DNA of 64,000 nt, from NCBI RefSeq assembly GCF_013004595.1, contig NZ_JABEMC010000004.1, positions 186,001 through 250,000 on the forward strand, given 5' to 3'. Numbering within the stretch: position 1 is the stretch's first letter; each line of letters begins with the position of its first letter. This document shows positions 39,147-48,199 of the stretch, one piece after another. The DNA is from Brevibacterium luteolum (GTDB lineage Bacteria > Actinomycetota > Actinomycetes > Actinomycetales > Brevibacteriaceae). The notes under the pieces are model-generated. The model had not been told where the DNA came from. It made no database searches and worked only from the letters and a program-made list of their open reading frames with translations. The position numbers were made by a program, and so were the translations under genes.

Positions 39147-41026
39147 AGACCCTGCACGATCCGCTGCTCGGTGTCGTTCTCAACGAGCGCTACCGAGTCG
39201 AGTCCGTCATCGCCCGCGGTGGCATGGCGATGGTCTACCGCGGCACCGACCTGCGCCTGGATCGCGAGGTCGCGATCAAGGTCATGCACCAGCACCTGCT
39301 CGACGACGAGACGTTCGTCGAGCGGTTCCGCCGTGAGGCCATCCACGCTGCCCGGCTCAGCCACCCGAACCTCATCGCCGTCCACGACCAGGGCTCTGAC
39401 GGCCAGGCCGTGTACCTCGTGATGGACTACCTGGAGTCGGTGACGCTGCGCAAGGAGCTCAAGCACCGCGGCAGCCTCACCCCGCGTCAGGCGATTGTCG
39501 TGACCGATGCGATCCTCGCCGCACTCGAGGCGGTCCATGGTGCCGGCATCATCCACCGTGACCTGAAGCCGGACAATGTGCTGCTCGGCACCGACGGGCA
39601 GATCAAGCTCGCGGATTTCGGTCTGGCGCGCGCGGTAAGCACGTCGACGACGACGAAGACGCTCATCGGCACTGTCGGCTATGTCGCACCCGAGCTCGTC
39701 ACGCGCACCGGCGCTGATGAGCGCACTGATCTCTACACGGTCGGGATCATGCTCTACGAGATGCTCACCGGCAGCCAGCCCTACACCGACGATGTGCCGA
39801 TCCAGGTCGCCTACCGTCACGTCCACGACACAGTTCCCGCGCCCTCTGAGGCGGTTGCCGGGGTCAGCCCGACTCTCGATGCGATCGTGCTGTGGGCGAC
39901 TTCCCGCAAGCCGGAGGACCGACCCGCTGATGCGAGCGAGCTGCGCCTGGCGCTGGCCGAGGCGCGCACGCAGCTGAGCGAGGAGGAGCTCGATCTCGCT
40001 GAAGGCAGCGGCGCACCCGTTGTCGATGCGCCGGTGCTCACCGCCACGATCACCATCGAGGACGGCGATCCGGCCGAGCCGCGGCAGAAGGAGCCGAAGG
40101 CCCGCACTGACGAGATCCCCTACCTCGCCGATGACGAAGACGACGAGGCCGCCAGTTCGCCTGGCGCTCCTGGCCCACTGGCTCCGGCTGCTGCCGCAGC
40201 TGCTCGGTCTGCCGCTCCGGCGAAGAGCCCGGAGCACGGGGGCCGCAGCCGCCGGCGCACCCGCACAGCACTCGGCCTGACAGCAGCAGCTGCCGTCATC
40301 GCACTGGCGGGATGGGGTGCCGTCGCCTCAATCGAGACGACCGCCGAGGTGCCGGCCGCTGTTGCCGGCCAGGAGCAGGCCGATGTCGTCTCCGCACTCA
40401 AGACCGCCGGTTTCACCACTGCCACGCGGGAGGAGTTCAGTACGGCAGTCCCGGCCGGGAAGGTCATCGGCACCGATCCGGCAGCCGGCACCGAACTCGA
40501 CAAGGACGCCGTCGTCACGGTCCTGGTCTCGAAGGGCGAGGAGCTCTTCGCAGCCCCCGATGTGTCCAAGATGACCGAAAGCGAAGCCCGCTCGGCGATC
40601 GAGGGAGCCTCGCTGCAGGTGGGTGCGGTCGACCGTAAGCACTCCAGCTCCGTGCCTGAGGGCTCGGTCATCTCCCAGTCACTGGAGCGCGGCGAAGAGG
40701 TGGCCAAGGGAACCGAGATCGACCTGGTCGTCTCCAAGGGTGCTGAACCGCTCGTCATCCCGGATGTCACGGGAGTCTCGTATGAGGTCGCCTATGGCCG
40801 TCTCGCCCGGATGGGCCTGCGGATCGCCAAGGACGAGGTCTACAGCGATCACACTCCGAAGGGCGATGTCGTCGCGCACTATCCGAAGGCTGCTGCGAAG
40901 AAGAACCCCGGTGATCTCGTCATCCTGAAGGTCTCGAAGGGCAAGGAGCCCGATAAGCCGAAGGATGATGAGAAGAAGGACGAGGACAAGAAATCCGAGG
41001 AGAAGAAGTCCGACGACGGCAGCTGA
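39143..41026 (+). CDS. pknL: Hanks-type Ser/Thr kinase with three PASTA domains (PknL-like)
   Basis: IARGGMAMVY, VAIK, HRDLKPDNVL, DFGLAR, YVAPE; one TM; three PASTA-like repeats; symbol from synteny with the Rv2175c homolog. Confidence 0.88.
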   Translation: MKTLHDPLLGVVLNERYRVESVIARGGMAMVYRGTDLRLDREVAIKVMHQHLLDDETFVERFRREAIHAARLSHPNLIAVHDQGSDGQAVYLVMDYLESVTLRKELKHRGSLTPRQAIVVTDAILAALEAVHGAGIIHRDLKPDNVLLGTDGQIKLADFGLARAVSTSTTTKTLIGTVGYVAPELVTRTGADERTDLYTVGIMLYEMLTGSQPYTDDVPIQVAYRHVHDTVPAPSEAVAGVSPTLDAIVLWATSRKPEDRPADASELRLALAEARTQLSEEELDLAEGSGAPVVDAPVLTATITIEDGDPAEPRQKEPKARTDEIPYLADDEDDEAASSPGAPGPLAPAAAAAARSAAPAKSPEHGGRSRRRTRTALGLTAAAAVIALAGWGAVASIETTAEVPAAVAGQEQADVVSALKTAGFTTATREEFSTAVPAGKVIGTDPAAGTELDKDAVVTVLVSKGEELFAAPDVSKMTESEARSAIEGASLQVGAVDRKHSSSVPEGSVISQSLERGEEVAKGTEIDLVVSKGAEPLVIPDVTGVSYEVAYGRLARMGLRIAKDEVYSDHTPKGDVVAHYPKAAAKKNPGDLVILKVSKGKEPDKPKDDEKKDEDKKSEEKKSDDGS

Positions 41027-41056
41027 GCCCAGCTGCCGCCGCGGAAACCGTCAGCT

Positions 41057-42082
41057 TCAGACGAGGCTGGTGAGCACCTCGGCTGCCGTGTCGATCTGCT
41101 CGGGTGAGACATCTCGGTGGGTGACGAGCCGGACGCTGTTCTCCCCCATCACCGAGACCCGCACATTGCGCTCAGCTGCCTGAGCGGCGAACTGCTCGGC
41201 ATCCACTGCCAGATCGCTGAGGTCGAGGAAGACGATGTTCGTATCCACGGTCTCCGGATCGACGATGCCCTCGCGGGTCGCTGCCAGTGCGTCGGCGAGT
41301 TGCCGGGCGTGGGCATTGTCATCGGCAAGGCCATCGACGTGGTTGTCGAGGGCGTAAAGGCCTGCGGCGGCGAGGATGCCGGCCTGGCGCATGGCGCCTC
41401 CGTAGCGCTTGCGCAGCAGGCGGGTCTTCTCGATGATCTCCGCGCTGCCGACGAGCACGCTGCCGACCGGTGCGCCCAGGCCCTTGGACAGGCACAGGGA
41501 GACAGTGTCAGCCTGCCGGCCGTATTCGTCTGCCGAGATCCCTGTGGCCGCACACGCGTTGAGCAGGCGTGCACCGTCCATGTGGACGGCGACACCGGCT
41601 GCTGCGGTCTCTCGCCTGAGTGTGCGCAGCTCGTCGATGTCGGCGATGCGTCCGCCGCCGAAGTTGTGGGTGTTCTCCACCGAGATCGCCGCGGTTCCGA
41701 CCTGGTGGTAGCCGCGCGGGCGGCTCATAAGTGCGAGTGCGTCGGCGGCGGTGAAGGTGCCATCGGGTGAGACCCAGGTCCGGGAGGTGACTCCTGCCAG
41801 GGCGGCATGACCGCCCGCTTCAGCGCGCAGGACGTGTGCCTGGGATTCGGCGATGAGCTCCCAGCCGGGTGCGACCAGTGCGGCGACACCGAGCATGTTC
41901 GTCATCGAACCCGAGGGGCAGAAGATGCCGGCCTCGTGTCCGAGCAGCACGGCAACGCGGGCTTCGAGTGCGTTGATCGTCGGGTCTTCGCCGTAGACGT
42001 CGTCGCCGACTTCGGCGTCCATCATCGCCTGGCGCATCGCAGCATCCGGGCGGGTGACGGTGTCTGATCGCAGGTCGATCAT
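41057..42082 (-). CDS. ltaE: Low-specificity L-threonine aldolase
   Basis: DLRSDTVT, VGDDVYGEDPT, ENTHN, HMDGARL, CLSKGLGAPVGS. Confidence 0.93.
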   Translation of the reverse strand: MIDLRSDTVTRPDAAMRQAMMDAEVGDDVYGEDPTINALEARVAVLLGHEAGIFCPSGSMTNMLGVAALVAPGWELIAESQAHVLRAEAGGHAALAGVTSRTWVSPDGTFTAADALALMSRPRGYHQVGTAAISVENTHNFGGGRIADIDELRTLRRETAAAGVAVHMDGARLLNACAATGISADEYGRQADTVSLCLSKGLGAPVGSVLVGSAEIIEKTRLLRKRYGGAMRQAGILAAAGLYALDNHVDGLADDNAHARQLADALAATREGIVDPETVDTNIVFLDLSDLAVDAEQFAAQAAERNVRVSVMGENSVRLVTHRDVSPEQIDTAAEVLTSLV

Positions 42083-42140
42083 CGTGCGGTCTCCTGAGCT
42101 GGTGGTGGGGTGGCAGGCAGCGTGGCAGGCTGCCTGCGGG

Positions 42141-43541
42141 TCATCCGTGTTCCTGCTGGTGTTTGGTGAGGTATTCGGCGACCTGGAATGCCATTTCGAG
42201 CGACTGGTCATGGTTCAGGCGCGGGTCGACGAGCGTTTCGTAGCGGCGGCGCAGACCCTCGTCGTCGATCTCGCTGGCTCCGCCGAGCACCTCGGTGACG
42301 TCATCACCGGTGAGTTCGATGTGCAGGCCGCCGGGGATGGTGCCGGCGTCGTAGTGCGCGTCGAAGAACCCGGCGACCTCTGCCATGACATCTTCGAACC
42401 GGCGGGTCTTGTACCCGGTGTTCGAGGTGATGGTGTTGCCGTGCATCGGGTCGCAGACCCACGTGACGTGCGGCAGCTGGTCGCCGACCTGGCTGAGCAG
42501 GCGCGGCAGGCCTTCGCGGATCTTCTCCGCACCCATGCGCGTGATGAACGTCAGTCGGCCCGGCTCTGCTTCGGGATCGAGCTTCTCTGCCAGGGCCATG
42601 GCGTCATCGTAGGTGGCGTTCGGGCCGAGCTTGACGCCGATCGGGTTGCGCACACGGGAGAGGAAGTCGACGTGGGCGGAGTCGAGCTGGCGGGTCCGTT
42701 CCCCGATCCACAGGAAGTGACCGGACACGTCGTACGGGTCGCCGGTGCGCGAGTCGATGCGGGTGAGTGCCCGCTCGTATTCGAGCAGCAGGGCTTCGTG
42801 GGCGGAGAAGAACTCGACCGATTTGAGGCTGTCGAAGTCAGCGCCGCATGCGGCCATGAACTTCAGCGCCCGGTCGATCTCGCGGGCCATCTGCTCGTAG
42901 CGGTGGTAGTTCGGATTCGAGCCGAGGAAGCCGCGGTTCCAGTCGTGGACCAGTCGCAGGTCGGCGAAACCGCCGGTGGTGAAGGCACGGATGAGGTTGA
43001 GGGTCGACGAGGAGATGTTGTAGGCCTCGAGCAGCCGGTTAGGATCGTGCCGCCGCGCTTCGGGCGTGAACTCGTAGCTGTTGACGATGTCACCACGGTA
43101 GCTCGGCAGCTCAACACCCTCGCGCACCTCGGTGTCCGAAGAGCGCGGCTTGGCGAACTGGCCGGCCATCCGGCCGATCTTCACCACCGGCAGGGATCCG
43201 CCGTAGGTGAGCACGGCAGCCATCTGCAGCACGGTCTGCACCCGGCGGCGGATACGGTCGGCATCGGCGTCGGCGAAGGACTCAGCGCAGTCACCGCCGG
43301 CGAGCACGAAGGCCTCGCCGCGGCTGGCGGCTGCGATGCGCTCGGTGAGCTTGTCGGCCTCACCGGCGAAGATGAGGGGCGGAACGGAGCGCAGCCGCTC
43401 GAGAACGGCAGCGAGTTCGTCTGCATCCTCGTACGTCGGCTGCTGGCGAGGCGACATGGAGCGCCAGGCGTCGAGTCCTTTGATGGTCTCTTCGCTGGCT
43501 TCTGCCTGTCCGGCGGCCTGGTAGACGCGGCTGATGTTCAC
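42141..43541 (-). CDS. Class II DAHP synthase
   Basis: GGDCAESF, GRMAGQFAKPRS, HEALLL, WIGERTR, CDPMHGNT, DPRLN; GTG after GAAGGA. Confidence 0.95.
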   Translation of the reverse strand: MNISRVYQAAGQAEASEETIKGLDAWRSMSPRQQPTYEDADELAAVLERLRSVPPLIFAGEADKLTERIAAASRGEAFVLAGGDCAESFADADADRIRRRVQTVLQMAAVLTYGGSLPVVKIGRMAGQFAKPRSSDTEVREGVELPSYRGDIVNSYEFTPEARRHDPNRLLEAYNISSSTLNLIRAFTTGGFADLRLVHDWNRGFLGSNPNYHRYEQMAREIDRALKFMAACGADFDSLKSVEFFSAHEALLLEYERALTRIDSRTGDPYDVSGHFLWIGERTRQLDSAHVDFLSRVRNPIGVKLGPNATYDDAMALAEKLDPEAEPGRLTFITRMGAEKIREGLPRLLSQVGDQLPHVTWVCDPMHGNTITSNTGYKTRRFEDVMAEVAGFFDAHYDAGTIPGGLHIELTGDDVTEVLGGASEIDDEGLRRRYETLVDPRLNHDQSLEMAFQVAEYLTKHQQEHG

Positions 43542-43647
43542 AGTATGTGTTCCTTCGATCGATGGTGATGCCGATGCGGCCATGGTCTCACGGCGGCATC
43601 GGCACGCAGGTGTGGTGTCCGGTGTGCGAACGGCGGGGTGGGAAAGC

Positions 43648-44124
43648 TCAGCTTTCGCCTTCGAAGTCCTCCGGTGAGACGTGGTCGAGGAAGTCGCGGA
43701 ACTGTGCGACCTCCTCTTCGTCTGCTTCGGGCGCTTCGATGCCGTTCTCCTGGATGAGCTGCTCATCGGCCAGCACGGGGCATTCGGCGATGAGGGCGAG
43801 TGCGACAGCGTCAGACGGGCGGGCGGCGATCGTCTTTCCGTCTGAGGTGTGCAGCTCGGCGAGGAAGGTGTGGTTCTCCTTGCCGGTGATGACCACCTCG
43901 GTCAGTTCGGCCCCGTACGACTCGAGGATGTCGAGCATGAGGTGGTGGCTCAGCGGCCGCGGCGGTGTCAGGCCGCGCTGGGCGATGCCGATGGCATTGG
44001 CTTCGGCCGTGCCGATCCAGATCGGCAGATAGCGCGGCAGATACAGGGCCTTGAGCAGCAGAATCGGCTGGTTGGCGGGCAACTCGATGCGCACCCCGAC
44101 GACTTCGACGCTGACGTAGGCCAT
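43648..44124 (-). CDS. Bifunctional nuclease family protein (DUF151)
   Basis: LPIWIG..EA, PRPLSHHL, ARPSDAVALAL, FRDFLDHVSPEDF. Confidence 0.92.
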   Translation of the reverse strand: MAYVSVEVVGVRIELPANQPILLLKALYLPRYLPIWIGTAEANAIGIAQRGLTPPRPLSHHLMLDILESYGAELTEVVITGKENHTFLAELHTSDGKTIAARPSDAVALALIAECPVLADEQLIQENGIEAPEADEEEVAQFRDFLDHVSPEDFEGES

Positions 44125-44129
44125 TTCGC

Positions 44130-45161
44130 TCAGCTGCTGCGCGGACGCTGCTGGAAGATCATCCGGAACTTCCCGATCTGCACATCAGCGCCGTTCTGCA
44201 GCTCGATCGAATCGATGAGCTGGCGGCCCACGTAGGTGCCGTTGAGCGAACCGGTATCGCGCAGGGTGAATCCGCTCGGGGTGCGGACGAACTCAGCGTG
44301 CTTGCGCGAGACGGTCACGTCATCGAGGAAGATGTCGGCATTCGGGCTGCGACCGACGGTCACCACATCGGTGTCGAGCAGGATCTGCGCGCCGGCGTCG
44401 GGCCCGGAGACGACGACGAGGAGCGCATCGGTCTCCGGCAGGTGGTTGAGGTCGGAGACCGGGTGGATCTCACCGGTGCGCGGGTCGAGGATGCTCGGCA
44501 CCGGCTGATCGTGACCGCCGACCGGCTGGTTGCCGTAGGCATTCGGCGAGGCCTGCGTGCCGGCTTCAGGCTGGCCGCCCTGCGGCTGCGAGCCGTAGCC
44601 CTGCTGCTGCGGGTCCGACGCCTGCGGGGCCCCGTAGCCAGGCTGGGAGCCGAAGCCCTGCTGGTCCTGCGGGTATCCCTGCTGCGGCTGCGAACCGTAC
44701 TGAGGCTGGGGCTGTGAGCCGAACTGCTGCGGCTGTGCACCGGAGTCGTACTGCTGGGGGTAACCCTGCTGCGGCTGCGAACCGTAAGCCGGCTGGCTGC
44801 CCTGCTGCTGCGGCTGTGAGCCGTACTGCTGCTGGGGCTGTGAGCCGAACTGCTGCGGCTGAGCACCGGAGTCGTACTGCGGCTGGTCGCCGTAGGGCTG
44901 CTGCGAGCCGTAGCCGGGCTGCGAGCCGTACGGCTGCTGAGCGGCAGGTCCGCTGCCATACTGCTGGGCGCCGTAGCCGGGCTGCTGCGAGGCGGCGGCA
45001 GGCTGCTCACCGGCGGCATGGGAGCCGCCCTGGTTCTGATTCGGGTCAGTCTGGTTCTCACCGGTCTGGTACGGGAAAGCGCGCGGTTCGCGGGCGGACT
45101 CGTCGCCGCCGTACCACGGAGTCTGTCCCGCCTCATCCTGCGGGTAGTTCTGCTGGGACAT
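44130..45161 (-). CDS. garA: GarA/OdhI-type FHA protein with long Q/G/P/S/Y low-complexity N-terminus
   Basis: GRSPNADIFLDDVTVSRKHAEF, GSLNGTYV, VQIGKFR; directly downstream of gcvH (TGATG overlap), as for mycobacterial garA. Confidence 0.85.
   Translation of the reverse strand: MSQQNYPQDEAGQTPWYGGDESAREPRAFPYQTGENQTDPNQNQGGSHAAGEQPAAASQQPGYGAQQYGSGPAAQQPYGSQPGYGSQQPYGDQPQYDSGAQPQQFGSQPQQQYGSQPQQQGSQPAYGSQPQQGYPQQYDSGAQPQQFGSQPQPQYGSQPQQGYPQDQQGFGSQPGYGAPQASDPQQQGYGSQPQGGQPEAGTQASPNAYGNQPVGGHDQPVPSILDPRTGEIHPVSDLNHLPETDALLVVVSGPDAGAQILLDTDVVTVGRSPNADIFLDDVTVSRKHAEFVRTPSGFTLRDTGSLNGTYVGRQLIDSIELQNGADVQIGKFRMIFQQRPRSS
44705..44880 (-). repeat. Intragenic 50-bp direct repeat pair within the low-complexity region
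   Basis: 44705-44754 and 44831-44880 match at 49/50 nt; 126-bp (42-codon) offset. Confidence 0.9.
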
Positions 45162-45565
45162 CAGGCTCCCTCGCTTTCCACTGCTGCGGCGTACGCATCT
45201 GCATCCATGAGCGTATCAAGCTCAGAGGCATCGCTGAGCTCGACGTCGAAGAGCCATCCCTCACCATAGGGATCGGAGTTGATGACTTCCGGGGCGTCTT
45301 CGAGGGACTCATTGACGGCGATGACCTCACCGCTGACCGGCGCGACGATGTCGGAGACGCTCTTGGTGCTCTCGACCTCGCCGCAGTTCTCGTTTGCCGT
45401 GACACTGTCACCCACATCGGGGAGGTCGACGAACACGACGTCGCCGAGCTGATCCTGCGCGAAATCGGAGATGCCCACACGCACGACAGATCCCTCACGA
45501 GTCTCGGTGACCCACTCGTGGTCACGCGAATACCGCAGTGAGGCTGGGAAGGTCAGGTCGGGCAT
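45161..45565 (-). CDS. gcvH: Glycine cleavage system H protein
   Basis: HEWV, GISDFAQDQLGDVVFVDLP, VESTKSVSD lipoyl Lys, INSDPYGEGW. Confidence 0.97.
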   Translation of the reverse strand: MPDLTFPASLRYSRDHEWVTETREGSVVRVGISDFAQDQLGDVVFVDLPDVGDSVTANENCGEVESTKSVSDIVAPVSGEVIAVNESLEDAPEVINSDPYGEGWLFDVELSDASELDTLMDADAYAAAVESEGA

Positions 45566-45673
45566 TTTGTCTCCTGCTCATCGTTGTGGTGTACCCAGCA
45601 TAACTGGTCAACAGAATGAAGATAACACTAGAGCAACATCACAGAAACCGTGCATGCGAAAACGCGTGCGAGG

Positions 45674-46564
45674 TCATCCGCTGCCCAGCTGCGGGACGAT
45701 GCTGTCGATATCGAGGCTCGTCTCCTGATTGATGGTCATCGCACCGCCGCGCTTCTCAACCGTGTCGTAGATGCCGCCGGGGATGCGCAGGGCGGTGTCC
45801 ATCGTGTCCGGCTGCCCGATCGCCTGGATCCGGATCGGCAGGTCCACCGGTTCGCCGTCGATCTCCAGACCGCCGGTCGGGGTGTCGGTGAAGTAGGTGG
45901 ACACGACGACGCGGTGCCCGCCGATCTCGATCGCCTCGGCCCCGGCATCGCGCAGCTCCTGAACCAAAGTCACGAGATTCGAGGCGCTGAGCTGGCCGGG
46001 CTGGGCGGTGATCGTCACATCGACGCCAGGCCCTGTCACCGGGACGGTGCCGGTGATGATCTGCATCGACCGGGCCCGCTCCTCAGCCTGCTTCTGCGCG
46101 GCCTCCTGCTGGTTCGTCGATGACCGCAGCTCGTCCTCATCGCGGCGCAGCGACGCGGATTCCTGCTCGAGGCGCTGATTGCGGGAATCGACGTCGCCGA
46201 GGATGCGGATGAGCTCGGGTTCGGACAGCTGCGAGAACCCGGCGTCCTCGGCCTGCTGCAGCTGGGCAACGAACGCAAAGCCCAGCAGCGCACACAGCAC
46301 ACCGGCCAGCAGCTGGGAGCGGTTGGCCCGGAATTTCAGCGCACTGGCGAGCCGGCCGACGACGTCGCGCCGGGAGCCGGCGTCCTCGGGCTCGGGATTG
46401 GGACCGGGCCCACGAGGAGCGGTATCTGCATCCGCGACCTTCGCCTCGGGACCGGGTTCGGGCACCGGCTTGCCCTGCTCGCGGGCCAGGGCCTCGCGCC
46501 GGGTCAGCGGCCGCTCCTCCGGGCTCGGCTGCTGGGCGCTCATGTCTTCGTCTCGATCAGCCAT
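45674..46564 (-). CDS. DUF881 domain protein
   Basis: TM, coiled coil, VTGPGV, ELRDAGAEAI, IQAIG, IPGG. Confidence 0.9.
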   Translation of the reverse strand: MADRDEDMSAQQPSPEERPLTRREALAREQGKPVPEPGPEAKVADADTAPRGPGPNPEPEDAGSRRDVVGRLASALKFRANRSQLLAGVLCALLGFAFVAQLQQAEDAGFSQLSEPELIRILGDVDSRNQRLEQESASLRRDEDELRSSTNQQEAAQKQAEERARSMQIITGTVPVTGPGVDVTITAQPGQLSASNLVTLVQELRDAGAEAIEIGGHRVVVSTYFTDTPTGGLEIDGEPVDLPIRIQAIGQPDTMDTALRIPGGIYDTVEKRGGAMTINQETSLDIDSIVPQLGSG

Positions 46565-46567
46565 CGG

Positions 46568-46900
46568 TCACGCCTTGAACAGCTGCCGGCGGATCGCGGC
46601 AGCGTTGGTGAAGATGCGGATGCCGAGGACGACGACGACGCCGGTCGACAGCTGCGAGCCGACGCCGAGCTTGTCGCCGAGGAAGACGATGAGGGCGGCG
46701 ACGAGCGAGTTGGAGAAGAACGAGATGACGAAGACGCGGTCGTCGAAGTTGCCCGAGAGCACCGCGCGCAGACCGCCGGCGAGCGCGTCGAGGGCGGCGA
46801 CCACGGCGATCGGCAGATACGGCTGGATGACGGCGGGCACTTCGGGATCGAGGACGATCCCGAGGATGATGCCGATGATGAGCCCGATGATCGCGATCAC
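46568..46900 (-). CDS. Small basic protein family (Sbp/DUF1290)
   Basis: PYLPIAVVAALDA..GG, FFSN, GIRIFTNAAAIRR; between two DUF881 genes. Confidence 0.92.
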   Translation of the reverse strand: MIAIIGLIIGIILGIVLDPEVPAVIQPYLPIAVVAALDALAGGLRAVLSGNFDDRVFVISFFSNSLVAALIVFLGDKLGVGSQLSTGVVVVLGIRIFTNAAAIRRQLFKA

Positions 46901-47802
46901 TGTCTCTCCTCAGAGTCTGCCGGTTCTTGGCCCTTCGGCTGAGCGTACCGGGATTGTGAGAGCTCGGCTGCCGGGACCGTGACCTCGGCGGAGGTCGAGG
47001 CGGAGTAGCCGATCCCGTAGTCCTTGCTGATGGTGGCCAGATAGCTGGCCGCCTGGGTCTGGTCGAGGCGGTCGATGAGGTCTTCCGGGCCGACGGCGAC
47101 GACCTCATACGGTGGGCGCAGCGGGTCGTAGTTGACGAGGATCGCCCCGCCTGCGCTGCGCACCGCCGAGGTGGTGGTGATCCGGTGGTCGTTGACGGCC
47201 ACGGCGTAGGCGCCCGAGGCGAACATCGCGTTGATGACTGCCTGGATGTCCTCGTCGTGGACCTTATTGGCTTCCGGTGGGGCCGCCCGCGGATCGTTGT
47301 CCAGGGCGCTCGTGTCCTGGTCGGTGAGTGTCAGCGTCACGCCGGGCCCGGTGACTGGGGTGAGCGCGGCCCGTTCGGCGAGTGCGTCGAGTTCGCTGCT
47401 GCGATCCTCACCGAGCGCTGTTGTCTGTGCTTCGTTGAGCCGGGCGGCGCGCCGCTCGTTGGAGGCGGCGAGGTCCTCGTTCTCCTGCGAGCGCTGTTCG
47501 ATCTGCTCGATGAGGTAGTCCGATGTCGTGCGCTCTCCCCCGCTGCCGCGGGTCAGCTGGACGACGGCGATCGAGCCGGTGAGCCCGAGGAACACGGCGA
47601 CGATGCCGGCGATGAGCTTGGTACTCGGCCGTTTCGGTGCCCCGGACTTGGCTGCCAGTTCGTAGTCCGGTTCAGGGGTGCGCAGCCACAGCGATTCGAG
47701 CAGCGAGGACGAATACGACTCGCGCTGGCCGTCGGTGCCGCGGGAGGTCACGCGGCGTTCGGCGAACCGGCGGGCGCGCCGGAAGCGCTTCGTCTCGGGC
47801 AT
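46897..47802 (-). CDS. DUF881 domain protein
   Basis: TM, coiled coil, VTGPGVTLTLTD, D.DIQAVIN, SAVRSAGGAILV, PPYEVVAVG. Confidence 0.9.
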   Translation of the reverse strand: MPETKRFRRARRFAERRVTSRGTDGQRESYSSSLLESLWLRTPEPDYELAAKSGAPKRPSTKLIAGIVAVFLGLTGSIAVVQLTRGSGGERTTSDYLIEQIEQRSQENEDLAASNERRAARLNEAQTTALGEDRSSELDALAERAALTPVTGPGVTLTLTDQDTSALDNDPRAAPPEANKVHDEDIQAVINAMFASGAYAVAVNDHRITTTSAVRSAGGAILVNYDPLRPPYEVVAVGPEDLIDRLDQTQAASYLATISKDYGIGYSASTSAEVTVPAAELSQSRYAQPKGQEPADSEERQ

Positions 47803-47971
47803 CCGGCGGCCTCCTCTCGTTCATCGCATCCGGGTGCGCACATGACTGCGCGCAGCACATCGAGGCCCGCCAGGGGGACCGGTGCGCAGCAGCATGCTGA
47901 GACCGATCATCTCATGACCCCTCGACACGGATGCGGCGGCTGTGAGGTGCGCCGCAGCCGGGCGGGAGTTT

Positions 47972-48000
47972 TTGCTCCAGCCGAAGTGCCGATATACAGT
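47972..48000 (+). promoter_or_regulatory. Probable sigma-A promoter of tRNA-Pro
   Basis: TTGCTC-17 nt-TACAGT, 40 nt upstream of the tRNA. Confidence 0.55.
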
Positions 48001-48040
48001 TAGACGAGCCGATTGACAGGTCCGCCTGCATGATCGGCAT

Positions 48041-48117
48041 CGGGCTATGGCGCAGCTTGGTAGCGCGCTGCACTGGGGGTGCAGAGGTCGTGGGTTCGAA
48101 TCCCGCTAGCCCGACCA
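48041..48117 (+). tRNA. tRNA-Pro (anticodon GGG)
   Basis: 77 nt; acceptor CGGGCTA/TAGCCCG, anticodon arm CTGCA-CTGGGGG-TGCAG, T-loop GGTTCGAATCC, encoded CCA. Confidence 0.97.
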
Positions 48118-48122
48118 GCGAT

Positions 48123-48153
48123 GAGGGCCCCGGTCACCGACCGGGGCTCTTTC
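48123..48153. terminator. Terminator between tRNA-Pro and the convergent dedA gene
   Basis: gagggccccggtc-acc-gaccggggctctttc. Confidence 0.7.
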
Positions 48154-48199
48154 GCATCTGCAGGATTGCCGGGGAACGCTGCGACGGTTCGCGCCGGGT

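Noticed and set aside
42110..42140. 9-bp hairpin and short gtggcaggc direct repeat between DAHP synthase and ltaE
   Set aside because: Short, GC-rich, no U-tract and no further copies noticed; not enough to call
44560..45000. CRISPR-like repeat array
   Set aside because: Repeats are in-frame, degenerate coding repeats without unique spacers; no cas genes
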